DNA from: the human T2T-CHM13v2.0 reference genome, Homo sapiens
Assembly (NCBI RefSeq): GCF_009914755.1
Contig: NC_060930.1
Reading direction: 5' to 3' (one strand)
Length of the DNA: 64,000 nt
Shown here: one piece after another, positions 1 to 12,339 of the stretch
Layout: each line of letters begins with the position of its first letter
How positions within the stretch are numbered: the stretch's first letter is position 1
Translations under genes and position numbers: made by a program
The notes under the pieces: model-generated
The model's database searches: none
The model's input: the letters and a program-made list of their open reading frames with translations, nothing else
What the model was told of the DNA's origin: nothing

Positions 1-183
1 AGTTTTGAAGTCCATGGGCTCCCTTTGGTTCCTCTAATAGATCTTTCTCAGTGATAACCTTGTAGGCTCTCTACCCCTAGGTTTATTTAAACATATTTTG
101 GTGGTGTGTTGGGGTCAAAAACATGTTTTTGACCTAAACTTTAGCAAAGAGACAGTGTTCATATCCCTAAAGACACCAATGGG

Positions 184-201
184 ACACACACACACACACA
201 C
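184..201. repeat. (AC)n microsatellite
   Basis: About 9 AC units, roughly 40 nt into intron 22. Confidence 0.9.
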
Positions 202-243
202 GCCTCTAAATTATTATTTGCACAGATTTTAGAAAACAAATAC

Positions 244-307
244 CTGATGTTGTAGACTTTACAACGTCAGCATATGGTCCTGGCCCCTTAGATGTAAAGG
301 CCCTAAC
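244..307 (-). CDS. ROS1: ROS1 exon 22 (64 nt), VRAFTSKGPGPYADVVKSTTS, end of an FN3 repeat
   Basis: Acceptor tttag|GTTAGG, donor CAG|gtattt; phase 0 to 1. Confidence 0.95.
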
Positions 308-2504
308 CTAAAGAAAAGGAAACAAAAATTGCATTCAGTAGTGTTCTCCGTGGCAACAATTAAGTTCTGAGACTGAGAGATTACTAAATGTTTCATTTCC
401 TACTCCTGATACACAATATTAATAGTTTCAAATAGTTATTGACATTAATATACAGCAATATAAATCACCAAGAGAAAAAATATTGCTCTATATTTATGTT
501 GACAGATTTTTTAATCTAGAAAAGTGCAAGAATTGGAACAAATCTCTCTTGCTAAAAAATGAATTTCTAAAAATGTCTGGGGATTTAATGTACAGCATGG
601 ATGGTGATGAATGTCTAATTAATTCAATTGTGATAATTACACAATGTATACATTTATTAAGTCATGTTGTACAGCTTGAATATATATATATCAATTGAAT
701 ATTTTTAAATAAAGTAAGGTCATTATTTTCAAAATTAAGTTACATAGAACATTTAACAGAAATAAAACTGTACAAATTATGATAAACTTCCATTTTTCTT
801 GAATTCAACAACTAGAAGCTTCAAAAAACTAAATTTCCAGACTTTTTAGAAAGAGTAACTTTTAAAAATAATTAAATCTTACATTTGAAAATGATTGTGC
901 ATTTCAAACCAGTTTCACATACATTGTCTCTTTTGATCTTCACAACTACTAAGAGTAGAAACTGGACCAGGATACTAATAAAGGTAAGTAACTCATGCAC
1001 AATGACGTATGTAGAAACTGGCATCAGAACCAAGTCTTCTGAGGTCTACATACATTTTTTCCCATTGGGCCATGCCACATTCTAACAGTAAAGTTTATTT
1101 TTTTTCTTAGATATTTTCTATTATGTAATAAATTATTTCCATTTCCAAACCTTGCATATGTACAGTAGCCTGCAAAGAAAATTGACATCTATAATGGTGG
1201 ACTCAAAATATAAAGCCCCAAGTACTTTATCAACAAAACATTGTATTATTTTTATTATACTTTTAGTATTAAACATATTTTACTGTATTTTATATATTAC
1301 TATCTGTATGATTTATAATGGTGCATATATATATATATAGTAGTGTTTACTTTTGTACAAAACTGTGTTAAATGAAACTCATACATATCCATGCATATCA
1401 CTTTGCATGGTTCCATGGTGACCAAAATTTGAAACTATATATCTATATACATATTTATATTATATATTCTATATAAATACTATATATTCTATATATAGAC
1501 ACACTTAACCTGAATATTATTTTACCAAAACACTCCTAATTTTTACCAAATAGGAACGTGTACTATCTTTAACTTTCATGTATAACTTATTTGATTAGTA
1601 TATGTAGACAACAAATTATCAAAATAATTATTAAATTAGAATTTTATGAAAAGAAAAACAAATCCCTACACAACTCAAATCTCCAAAACACTCCCCAAGA
1701 TGTTATTTTCCCCAAAAAGAAATGGTGGAAAGCATTACAGCACAGTGCTTTCCAGCCACGCAGCTTTGGTAATTGACTGATACTCTCAACGACTTAACTT
1801 TTTCTTTATAGTATGAGGATCAAATGAGATAATGAATACAAAAATACCTACAGTGGTGCAAGGCCTATAGTGATTTTATTGAAAAATAATGGTTTATCAA
1901 AATAACACATGTACCCCAAATGTATGTACAACTATAATATATATCAATAAAAAATGTAAAACAAATCAGTAATGTGTAACATACAGAAATTAAAATCATG
2001 ATACAGCTTCAAAAGAAAAGCAAAAAGAAAAAGAATGACTTACTCTGAATTTGCAAAGTTCCCTGAATGTGAGAAAGTTGTGAAAGTGTCCTTCACCCAA
2101 GCAATCCCCTCTTGCCTCTCTACTTTTGCTGCCCACTTGACCTCTTTGATCACAGTATACCTAAATTATTGACAGGGTGGCAGAATTCTTAACCTAGTCC
2201 TTTAATTATTCTTCTGTTTAAACTTTTTTTTTTAACTGCAGTCGTCTTTAATGGAATAAAAACGAATTCCTGCATATTAATCCTCAAAAGGTCCACTTTC
2301 CATTTCTTTAACAGTTTACTTTAGTCACTCTTATCTGAATTACCTCCATTAATTTTCTCACATAATTTTAAAAAACTATAGTGGCCAATCAAAATCTAGG
2401 TATGTGTGCCATTTACACTGTAACATATCCCAGAAACATAGTCTTTCCCTCTCCCCACAATGCCGCTATTAAGACTCTCATATCTTCTGTTTTCTCTCTC
2501 ATAC

Positions 2505-2767
2505 CTGGAAGGCAATAAAGCATCTGGGACTCATGCCTTCAAGTTGAAAAGACATCACTGAGGGAGTGACATTGACAGCAATCCAGTCTTCACATGTTTT
2601 GTTTGTAATACTTTGATTGGATATATTGTAGAAAATTTCAAATTTTGTTAACACCCCATTTTCATGCTTAGGTTTGTTCCACCTAAATTCCACCACAACT
2701 TCATTCTTGTTGCAGCATTTTCCACTTGGTAATATAAATATTCTGGGGTTCTCTGGTGCTGATGGAA
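2505..2767 (-). CDS. ROS1: ROS1 exon 21 (263 nt), (V)PSAPENPRIF...SPRCFIAFQ, FN3
   Basis: Acceptor tttcag|TT, donor CAG|gtatga; overlaps ORF 2499..2696; phase 1 to 0. Confidence 0.96.
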
Positions 2768-4961
2768 CTGAAAAGTAGAGGCACAGGTAGAGCAGAAAAG
2801 AATATAAGAATATAAAGAATATAAGACTTTTACCACTTATAATAAGATTGTAAACAACTTAACAATATTTCTCATTCCAGGCAGTTGCAGTATATTTATT
2901 ACATTCTTAAAGATCTTCAGGAGAGAATATTCCATAGATTTCTTCAGGAACCCATCCTGATAATTTCAGCACATCTGACTGACAGGCAAGACTTCCTTAT
3001 GTTCAACTCAAATCCTTCCTACTACCACTTAAGCACACCTTTCTTGTCTGTGCCTTGTGTAGATGGAAGCTGTCTGGTTCTCCCCGTAAAATGCAACATT
3101 CACTTTTATCCTGACAGAGTGATTTCAGTGAAGGTGAAAATGTCATCATCAGGATGGATGGCAGTAAGTCCCACCAGCCTTCAGCCAGTTCAGGTTGTAA
3201 AACACAGCATAAATCAGAGACCTAGGCCCTGTCACTCTGAAGTTCCTAGAAAGCAGAAAGTTTAGGGGAGGCTGATCGTACCCCAAGAGTAAGGTTTGGG
3301 AGTATTCATTTATTCTAGAGCCAAACCAAGCAATTCAGTATCTCTCAGTCCTTTAATCAAGAGAAATGTCTCTGCCTGATTTCTAAGTCATTCTCTCTGG
3401 ATGGCCCTCTCCTCTCTTAGGACTCCTCCACAAGGTCTTCATTCCCTCCCTCATTCCAATCACATTGCTATTTAATGTTTAACACTCATACTATTATTCA
3501 ATCTCCAGGCCTTCTTACATTAGGCTTCTCTTCTCACATGGGATACCTCTTCTTGCTCCATCTTTCAGAGTGCACTAAAGTTTCCATTTCCCAAAGGCAC
3601 CTTCTCTCTTAAAAATGCCTGAGGCAGCTTGATATAGGTGAAGGTTTCATAGGCTTGTCTACTCACTCTATGCCACTGCTGCTCAGGTATAACTCTCTAG
3701 TATCTATTATCATTTGCTGTGCATGTGTTTGTCTCCCTCCTGTTTTATGAACTCCATCAGAGAAAGCATCTCTTCTTATTCCTTGTTAAATCTTCCCATA
3801 TCTAGTATAGAACTGGCATACAGTAAGTGGTTAATAAATATTGGTCAATTTGGATAATTTCCTGGCTATATTGTAAATTTCCTGAAGGCAAAGGCCAAAT
3901 CTTGTCATCCTTTCTTATTCTCCAATATCCAGCAGAGTGCTGTTGACTCTTGCTCCCACTGGATCCCCTGATGGATGCAGTCAAGTCCATTTCCACAGGA
4001 CAATTCAACCAAGCTGATATCCCAAGGAAATCTCAAGCAGAACATTCCTGGATCCAATGCTAACTGCTCCGGAACCTGCCCAGGCCCCACTATGTTCCTG
4101 TTGTGTAATTCGTAGATGGATATTGTTGAAATAATCTTAATAGTAAAAAATGCAATGGAGAATGGATATCTATATTTATTAAGCTCTTACCACCTGCCAA
4201 ATCCTGTATTAGCTTTACATAAATTACTATCATTTACCAACATTTGTAAAAGTGACTGAATGGAGATTTGATGAAACTGTAGTGAAAAGTCCAGATTAAG
4301 TCCCAGCCCAGCCACTTAGTAACTATTTTATTTGGGCAACTACTAGGCTTTCATTTTCTTTCTTGCATAATCAAGATAATAAGACTTTCCTACCCACCTC
4401 AGAGCTCTGTGAGGATCAAATGAAATGATGTTTCTGACACATGATAGGTATGTAGTAAATAGTTAATAAAGGAGTGATACATAAAAATGTGTTTTGTACA
4501 CTTTAAGGTGATACACACATGTAATGATATGGCTAGTATCTTTTTTAAAATATCTTTTCCCCAAAACATTAAATTTAGATATCAGTTATTCACCTACAGA
4601 AGATTCTGAGTTCCCATCTATGAGAACAGTCTGCCTTCCAAGAAAACTGTCTCTGCCCTTAAATGCCCATTTTCCTTATAAAGGATTTTGCAAATTACCT
4701 GAAATATGCATCTGCATCTTCTACATCACTACAATCAAATGAAATGGCTGTTAAGAAATCTTTGAAATATTCTTTTGGAATAAATTATGCATATTTATGT
4801 TAATGACGCTATTCTAATCTCCAAAAAGTCATTGAAAGGGTATTGAATCTAAACACATCTATAAAACTGAAAGTTATTTTTAAATATCAACTATCCATTC
4901 CAGATCATGAAAAGTGAGATTCTGCTTTTTTAAGAAAAAAGACAGATTTTAACCCCTGTAC

Positions 4962-5106
4962 CTGTTTCAGGTGCTCGAAGTGACAGAGATGTTTTGGGGC
5001 CCTTTCCCCAGTAGGTATAAGGAGTGACAGAAAGATTAAATAAGGCATAAGGTTCCAGTCCTTCCACAGTAAATACAGGTAAAGAGTGTTGTTCACTAGC
5101 CAAGAA
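4962..5106 (-). CDS. ROS1: ROS1 exon 20 (145 nt), FLASEQHSLP...LSLRAPET, FN3
   Basis: Acceptor tttag|TTC, donor CAG|gtacag; phase 0 to 1. Confidence 0.95.
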
Positions 5107-5482
5107 CTAAAATATAAACAGAAAACATTATTTTCTCAGGGAGAGAATTATAAAATCTTTCATTCCTTATTATCTAAAATCTCCAAACTTTAGTTCACAT
5201 GTAAAATCAAAATTTGCAATTTTGGAAGTGCTAATTTTGGCAAGTTCTGTGTTGTGCCACACAGACCAGTTAAAGTGTATCCAGCACAGCAGTTAGCACC
5301 AAGCAGTCAGAGACTGGCTGCAAACAAGTCTTCTGGGGAATAATCTTAATGACCAAATGCTATGGGAATGACAAAGAAGATGGGCTTGGCTAAGTCAAGA
5401 TGATACAGGTCAGTGTGGGCAAGGCTGACACAGATGGTACAGTCTGTTTGGGAAATGAAAGTTACTAGAACCAACACCATAC

Positions 5483-5643
5483 CTTAGAATGAGCACTAAA
5501 TTCTACACTGTAGAAAACTACACCCCAGTCTACCGCAGGGGGACCATTCCACAGGATTTGAAAACTTGAAGCATTTCCTTCAATCCTAAATGAAGACTCT
5601 TGAACAGAATCTGGAATAACCTTAGGGGTAAAGGAAAAGTTCC
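5483..5643 (-). CDS. ROS1: ROS1 exon 19 (161 nt), (G)NFSFTPKVIP...VEFSAHSK, FN3
   Basis: Acceptor tgtag|GG, donor AAG|gtatgg; within ORF 5465..5659; phase 1 to 0. Confidence 0.96.
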
Positions 5644-5977
5644 CTACAGGATGAAACAAAAAAAAGAAATAGGAGAAAAAATTGGGGATTATTGACCAAT
5701 ATAGAAATCATAGAAAATCAATAGCAATTACTAATAATTAGAACTGAAACAAAATTTTTCTTTTCTTTAACATATCCTGAAAAAAATCATCTTTTTCTGA
5801 CTTTTTCAGGCTGTAAATTTGGGTTAAGATTAAACTCACTGCAAGCAAACCAATTGAAATTACTGAAACCTTACTCCTCTTAAAACTTAATTCTTAAGAA
5901 AAAAAAATATCCCAACCTAAACATTTATTTAACTGAAGGTATAGTGGAGTAGGGTAAGCAGGAATGAAATACTGTAC

Positions 5978-6192
5978 CTGGCAGGGGCTTAAGGGATGTC
6001 TGAATAATTGTGAACTGATTAAATCTGGCTGGTTCCAAAACAGAGACACTGGTTTTCTGACCTATTTCTTGAGTTGTGATAATCCTAAAGCCATTGATCC
6101 AGAACAGCCGACCACTATAGTACATCAGTGCATTCTGGGAAATTTCAGAAGTACTCCAGGCTGCAAATTCTGTGATGGTGGTATCCCCAGTG
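5978..6192 (-). CDS. ROS1: ROS1 exon 18 (215 nt), (S)TGDTTITEF...TSLKPLP
   Basis: Tandem acceptor ttttagcag|C (alternative start at 6195), donor CAG|gtacag; within ORF 5925..6212; phase 2 to 1. Confidence 0.95.
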
Positions 6193-6400
6193 CTGCTAAA
6201 ACATAACACCAATTAGTGTGTGTTTCTGGAGTGGTGGAAGGGCTGGTCCATGCAAGTAGTCATGAGAATATATGTTTGTGAGTATCTGTACGCATTTGTG
6301 TACATTAAAATAAAGAAAATACTTTCTAACGATTATTGTCTTTTTTTGTTTCATATTAAGTTGGGTTTTTATTTTACATTTTTAAAAGTAGTAGACCTAA

Positions 6401-6710
<310 letters not shown>

Positions 6711-8431
6711 TCTGGGGGCTTTTCTTATTAATGTGATATTGCAATATCAAGGGTGTTTAGATAGGTTGCAGCTTTTTAAAAAATGCTTGTGATTTTGGTA
6801 ATACTCTACAACAAAGGCACAACCTGGATTCTCATTACTTCATTAGTTCAGAGATTACATCTTTGGTTTATTCTATGTGCTCCTACAACTCTTGCATTAG
6901 CATAAGAAAGACATGAGGCAAGGTTCTTACAGGACCTGGAAATAAGGTAATCATCCAGAAATGAAACCCGTAAAAACCAATGCCTGAAGTATAAATTTGC
7001 CATATGTAGAGGTGAAGCAGAAGGGCTTTGGGACCAATCAATGCAATAAATTAGCCTATAGATGTGAAGTTAGCCTACGGATGTGAAGCAGAAGGGCTTT
7101 GGGACCAGCCAATGCAATAAATCATGATGGAGACAGCAAGTTAGGATTCAGGTACATGTTCCTTTAAAAAGGAAAGCCTATTGCATTGAGGGATTTGAAA
7201 AAAAGACACACCCAAAGAGCAAGAATTTCCAAGCATTTATCCAGAATTGACAGGAATGACAGCTCTTAAATGTGGTAGCCATGAGGACTCCAGTACCTAG
7301 GCACACAGAATAACTCTGTTATGAGCAGAGTTCATCACTGCTCTGACACTGGCCTGTGTGGGCACCCTTCTAGTCTATCCAACAACCCTCACTCAGATTC
7401 CTTGTTCTTAAAGCAACCACCTCACATCTAACCCAGTTCACGTGATGCCAAGAAGGCATGGCCTGCATGCCCACATGACTATTCTCATTTCTGAATGAGA
7501 CTAGGCCCCACTGGGAATTAATGAATTTGCAATGTAGGGGATTCTTCAGAAACAGATAGAACTGCATGGAACCCCAGCTCAGCCAATTATTAAATGTTTG
7601 ACTTCAGGCAAATAATTTAACCTCTCATTGAACCATCTATTAAATGTGGGTATAACACTAATAAATCTGCATCTGGGTGAAGCTGATCTCATTTCATCAT
7701 AGTTTTCTCAAGAAATAAAAAGATTGATTTAAAAAAATCAATTCCATGACCCCACCACCCCAAAATGAACAGCCAGGCATAACAAGATAAACAGGGAAAA
7801 TCAATCCCGAAGGCATGGTCTGTTGAATTTTTTCTCCCCATTGAACCACGCCTTCCTCCTACTCTTGGTTAGTCATCTGATTTACCTGCCATTTATTATC
7901 CTAGCCTGCTGGGTCCTTCACTTTATACTACTCACAACTGTATGTTATTTCAATGTGTATCAGTTTCTATAGTTTGATCAAAGTGCTCCTTTTCAGACTA
8001 GGAAATTCAAGTAAAAAACTTTAAATTGTGTTTAGAGGTTTTTTTCCCCTCAATGGAAGGAAATTTTGCAATTATTTTTGCTTGAAAAATCTGCTTGGTT
8101 GTTTCTGAAGTTGTAACAGTTGTTTAGTACTCAAAAAAAGAACTATCTCAGTTATCCTCAGCATTTTGGAGTGATAGTTTGATTTTTTTTTTAGTGATTT
8201 CTATAAATCATTTTAAAGCATTCACTTTTCTCTCTTTAGAAAAATATAAATAAAGTTTTGTTTTGAGAATTTCACAGTACCTCAAATAGGTTTACTCTTG
8301 TATAAACTAAAGGGAATGGATGTACATAGGAGAGGGAAGAGTAGTTTGAGGGGCAATTCAATTACAATTCTCAAGTTCGGAATATGATGAGTGACAGCAA
8401 TCAGTTTATCTCATCTCTACTACAGACTAGA

Positions 8432-8958
8432 GCCGTACTGCTCAGTGCAGCAGCAACTAGCTACATGTGACTACGGAGCCCTTGAAATGTGGTTAGTATG
8501 ACCGAGGAACCAAAAGTTTAATGTTATTTAGTTTTAATTAACTTGTGGTAAATTTTAAAACTAATATTTGATTCATATATTATGAATCACGTATAATATA
8601 TTAAAATATTTTTGAGTATTTTAGAACAAGTATGTAAATCAACTATTTTGCCTGTAAATTTTATGAAATCTAAATACAGATCAAATATTTTCTATGAAAA
8701 CTTAGTTTGCAAATTAAGCTATGCTATAAATGTAAAATACAAACAGGACGTCCAAGAATTAATGTGAAAAAAAGAATATAAAATAACTTTATAATTTTTA
8801 TTCAGATTGCATGTTGAAGTGACATTTTGATATGTTATCAAAATATTAAAATATACTATTAAAGTTACGTTTACTTGTTTTTACTTTTTTTAATGAGCCA
8901 ACTAGAATATTTATAATTACATATGTGACTTGCATTATATTTGTATTGGACAAAGCTG
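8432..8958 (-). mobile_element. hAT-Charlie DNA transposon relic (MER33/Charlie5-like)
   Basis: Minus strand begins cagctttgtccaatacaaatataatgcaagtcacatatgtaatt and ends with a ccacatttcaag...cacatgtagctag MER33-type end; boundaries approximate. Confidence 0.65.
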
Positions 8959-9279
8959 ATCTAAACTAAAGGGAAGGAATTTTGATTATATGTTAGAAAA
9001 TACTTTCTCCTTATAAGATGACTCTGGAATCCCAATCTCTATATATAAAACTTCTTTTTTTCCTGATAGGTTTAAAAGGCAAGACTTACTTGGAAGGCAA
9101 AAGTACCTGCCCTTTGTTATCTCACTGGGAGCTGCTATGCTCCACTGTACATACATACAAGAAAACATTACTAAACTTGAAATGAGGAAATACATTTTTT
9201 AAGAAGGAACTTCCTTCCTCTACTTTATATTGAGTCTGTGGATGCTCGAGGAGCTAGACTCTTAAAGAAACCAGCTCTC

Positions 9280-9481
9280 CCTGGCTAACATGGTGAAACA
9301 CCGTCTCTACTAAAAAATACAAAAAATTAGCCGGGCGTGTTGGCGGGCGCCTGTAGTCCCAGCTACTCAGGAGGCTGAGGCAGGAGAATGGCATGAACCC
9401 GGGAGGCGGAGCTTGCAGTGAGCCGAGATCGCGCCACTGCACCAGCCTGGGCGACAGAGCGAGACTCCATCTCAAAAAAAA
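9280..9481 (+). mobile_element. 5'-truncated AluY
   Basis: AluY-type positions (gaatggc.tgaaccc, ggagcttgcag); many CpGs retained; perfect 16-bp TSD aaagaaaccagctctc. Confidence 0.93.
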
Positions 9482-9751
9482 AAAGAAACCAGCTCTCTGG
9501 CATATACAGACACAGAGAATGCAGAGAATGGACTATGATCCTTCAGGACACTGTTGCTTTGAACATTGTCTATGTCTCACTTTAGACAGCTTGTTTTGGC
9601 AATCAGATTGTCAGTACCTTAAGTTCCTAAGGAAAGGAATAATCAGTTTTCTCTGATTCACAGGTAGGAAACTAGCCAGAGCTGTCTGCCATACTTGATA
9701 TGAAGTAATTGATCAATCAGATTTGTTGTGTTTATGTGCTTATAGGCATTA

Positions 9752-10006
9752 TGTGTGTGTGTGTATATATATGGATATATACATAAATATCTATCTACAT
9801 GCATCCACGTACATACACATATATATACACATCCATATATATGTATATGTACATGCATATACACATATGTATATACATATATGTACATACGGATGTGTAT
9901 ATGGATATGAATGTATGTGGATATATATGGATATATACATATGAATGCATATGGATGTATGTGTATAAATCTATATCTATAGATAGATAAATATACACAT
10001 ACATAC
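9752..10006. repeat. Compound (TG)/(TA)/(TATG) low-complexity tract
   Basis: About 250 nt of alternating purine-pyrimidine sequence; the source of several spurious ORFs. Confidence 0.9.
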
Positions 10007-10499
10007 ACTCCTTTTTCAGGGTCTCCATGACTTGGAGTTTTTCTACTTACCAAAAAAAGTAATTTTTATTCTAAAAATATTGTCAGCATTGTCTTCATAA
10101 AATAGTTATTGAACTTTAGGAGACTTTTTTGGAATTTTGATGAAAGATATGAATCCTCAATTGCAGAGCACTGACACATCCTAAAGCCTTCTATGAACCC
10201 TTTGGGGACCCAAGAACCTAATACCAGAAATCTTTACCTTTAGAGTATATGATATTTTGCTTTACTTTAATCACTTCCTGACCATTCCTCTGATTAACAA
10301 TGTGATATTAGGAAAATGTGTGAATATCTCTGGACCTCAGTGTCCTCATCTATGAAATAAAATGATCTCTAAATTCTCCCTCTAAATTTTGGGTTCTAAT
10401 GACTTTATAACCTATATTTTAATTTTAGATGTGTAACTTCTCCCTTAAAAACTATTAGTTAAATATTTTTAAATTATTGGATATTTAAACAAGTAGAAG

Positions 10500-10950
10500 T
10501 AAAACATATGACACGAAGAACACTAAGAGTAGGATGGTAAAAATTAAACATATATAAAGTTTTAAATCATTTATGAAGGATATATTTGGATATTGACTTG
10601 ATAAGTTGAAGATGTATCATGTAAAAAAATGCATATTTTAATTTCTAATGCAACCTAAAAAAATAAATAGACATACTTAAAATGTCATTAGAGGAGATAA
10701 AATGGAATACTAAAAATTATTTTATTCACCCACAAAAATGGCAAAGAAGTAGAAACAGAGGAACAAGGAGCTGAGACACAAATGGAAGTCACATGTCAAG
10801 ACAGTAGACTTAAATCCAAACATATTGATAATTATATTAAGTGTAAATGAACCAAATGCCGTAATTAAAATGCAGAAGTTGTTAGATTGTGTAAAAAAGC
10901 AACATCCTGTATGTTGTTTACAAGAAAGGCACTTTAAATGTAAAGACTCA
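10500..10950 (+). mobile_element. Old L1M fragment ending in the start of the ORF2 endonuclease domain
   Basis: Degenerate L1 ORF2 start (...CCLQERHFKCKD); continues at about 15530; left boundary approximate. Confidence 0.6.
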
Positions 10951-12339
10951 GATCAGTTCCCAAAATAGTGAATAGGAGGCAAGGACTAACTTGCAGCTCC
11001 CATTCAGATGGACAGAGCAGCATGTGGAGACTCACATCATGAACTTTTGCTCCAAGAACTACCACAGGAACATACCAGGAAAGCCGAGAGAATCCACAGA
11101 CGCTTTGAAGGAAGAGGCTTGCTGCTGTAGGCTTTGTGAGATAGCCAAAAAACTGAGTGCCCAAAGTGTGATATGGGGAGTGTCCACCCCCGAACACACA
11201 TCCTCTGTGGAAAACCTGAAGGTCCAGATCATGGGAGAAGGATTTGACCTCACATGCAGCTGAGGCAAATTTACAGCCAAGCAAAATATAGGGGTAGAGG
11301 AAGCAGCAGGACGAGCCCTGTGGGCACTTGCAGTCCCCAGGGAAACCATTCCTGACTTTGTCTTGCAGAGATCCTTGGGGAGGGCTGCCAGTGTAACTGG
11401 AGAAAGACCATAGGAAGAAGAAAAGTTCCAGCTGAACTTTGTAAAAATTTAAACCGAATACAGTTTCCTGGACAGAACCTGGGAAAGGGGGCAAATAGGG
11501 AGTGCAGATATGAACACAGAAACCATGACAGGTGGGAGGTATGAAACCTGAAAGCCCTACTTGCTTTTTCAGCAGGGAGGCTTGTAACCTGCGGCAAGTT
11601 CTTAGTCCTACTCACTGGCTGCATGGGAGACATGGTGGGAGTGAGACTGGCCTTTCAGGCTGTGTGGGAGTTGGGCGAGGCCAGTCACTGCTGGCTTTTC
11701 CCCACTCCCCTGGTGGCCTGTATAATGCAGTAAAGTCAGCCATAATATCCCTGGGAACATAACTCCATCAGCCTGAGAACTACACCCCCATCCCCTACAG
11801 CAGCCACACACAGCAAGCTCCGCCCAAGGAGAGCCTGAGCTCAGACATGCCTAACCCTGCCCCAACTGAGGGTCTTTCTCTACCAATCCTGGTAGCTGAA
11901 GACAAAGGACATACTCTCTTGGGGGCTCTATAGCCCCCAAACTTCAGCATCCTTTATGATTAAAACCTCAGCAACACAGGCATAGAAGGGGCATATCTTA
12001 ATGTAATAAAAGCCATCTATGACAAACGCATGGCCAACATTACACTGAATAGAGAAAAGCTGAAAGCATTCCCTCTGAGAACTGGAACAAGACAAGGATG
12101 CCCAGTCACACCAGTCCTGTTCAACATAGTACTGGAAGTCCTAGCCAGAGCAAGCAGACAACAAAAAGAAAGAAAGGGCATCCAAATCAGTAAAGAGGAA
12201 GTCATACTATCACTGTTTGCTGATGACATGATCATATATCTAGAAAACCCTAAATACTTCTCCATAAAGCTCCTAATACTGACAAATTAATTCAGTAAAC
12301 TTTCAGAATACAAAATTAATGTACACAAAACAATAGCAC

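Noticed and set aside
9658-10053. Y/I/H/M-rich ORFs
   Set aside because: Translations of the TA/TG microsatellite
10934-11811. ORFs up to 186 aa
   Set aside because: They fall in the L1PB 5' UTR; repeat-derived
11925-11960. L1 5' UTR-to-ORF2 junction as a spliced, retrotransposed L1
   Set aside because: ORF2 appears to resume at caaa..cagcat, which in the consensus as I recall it follows GA rather than an AG acceptor; a simple deletion is more likely
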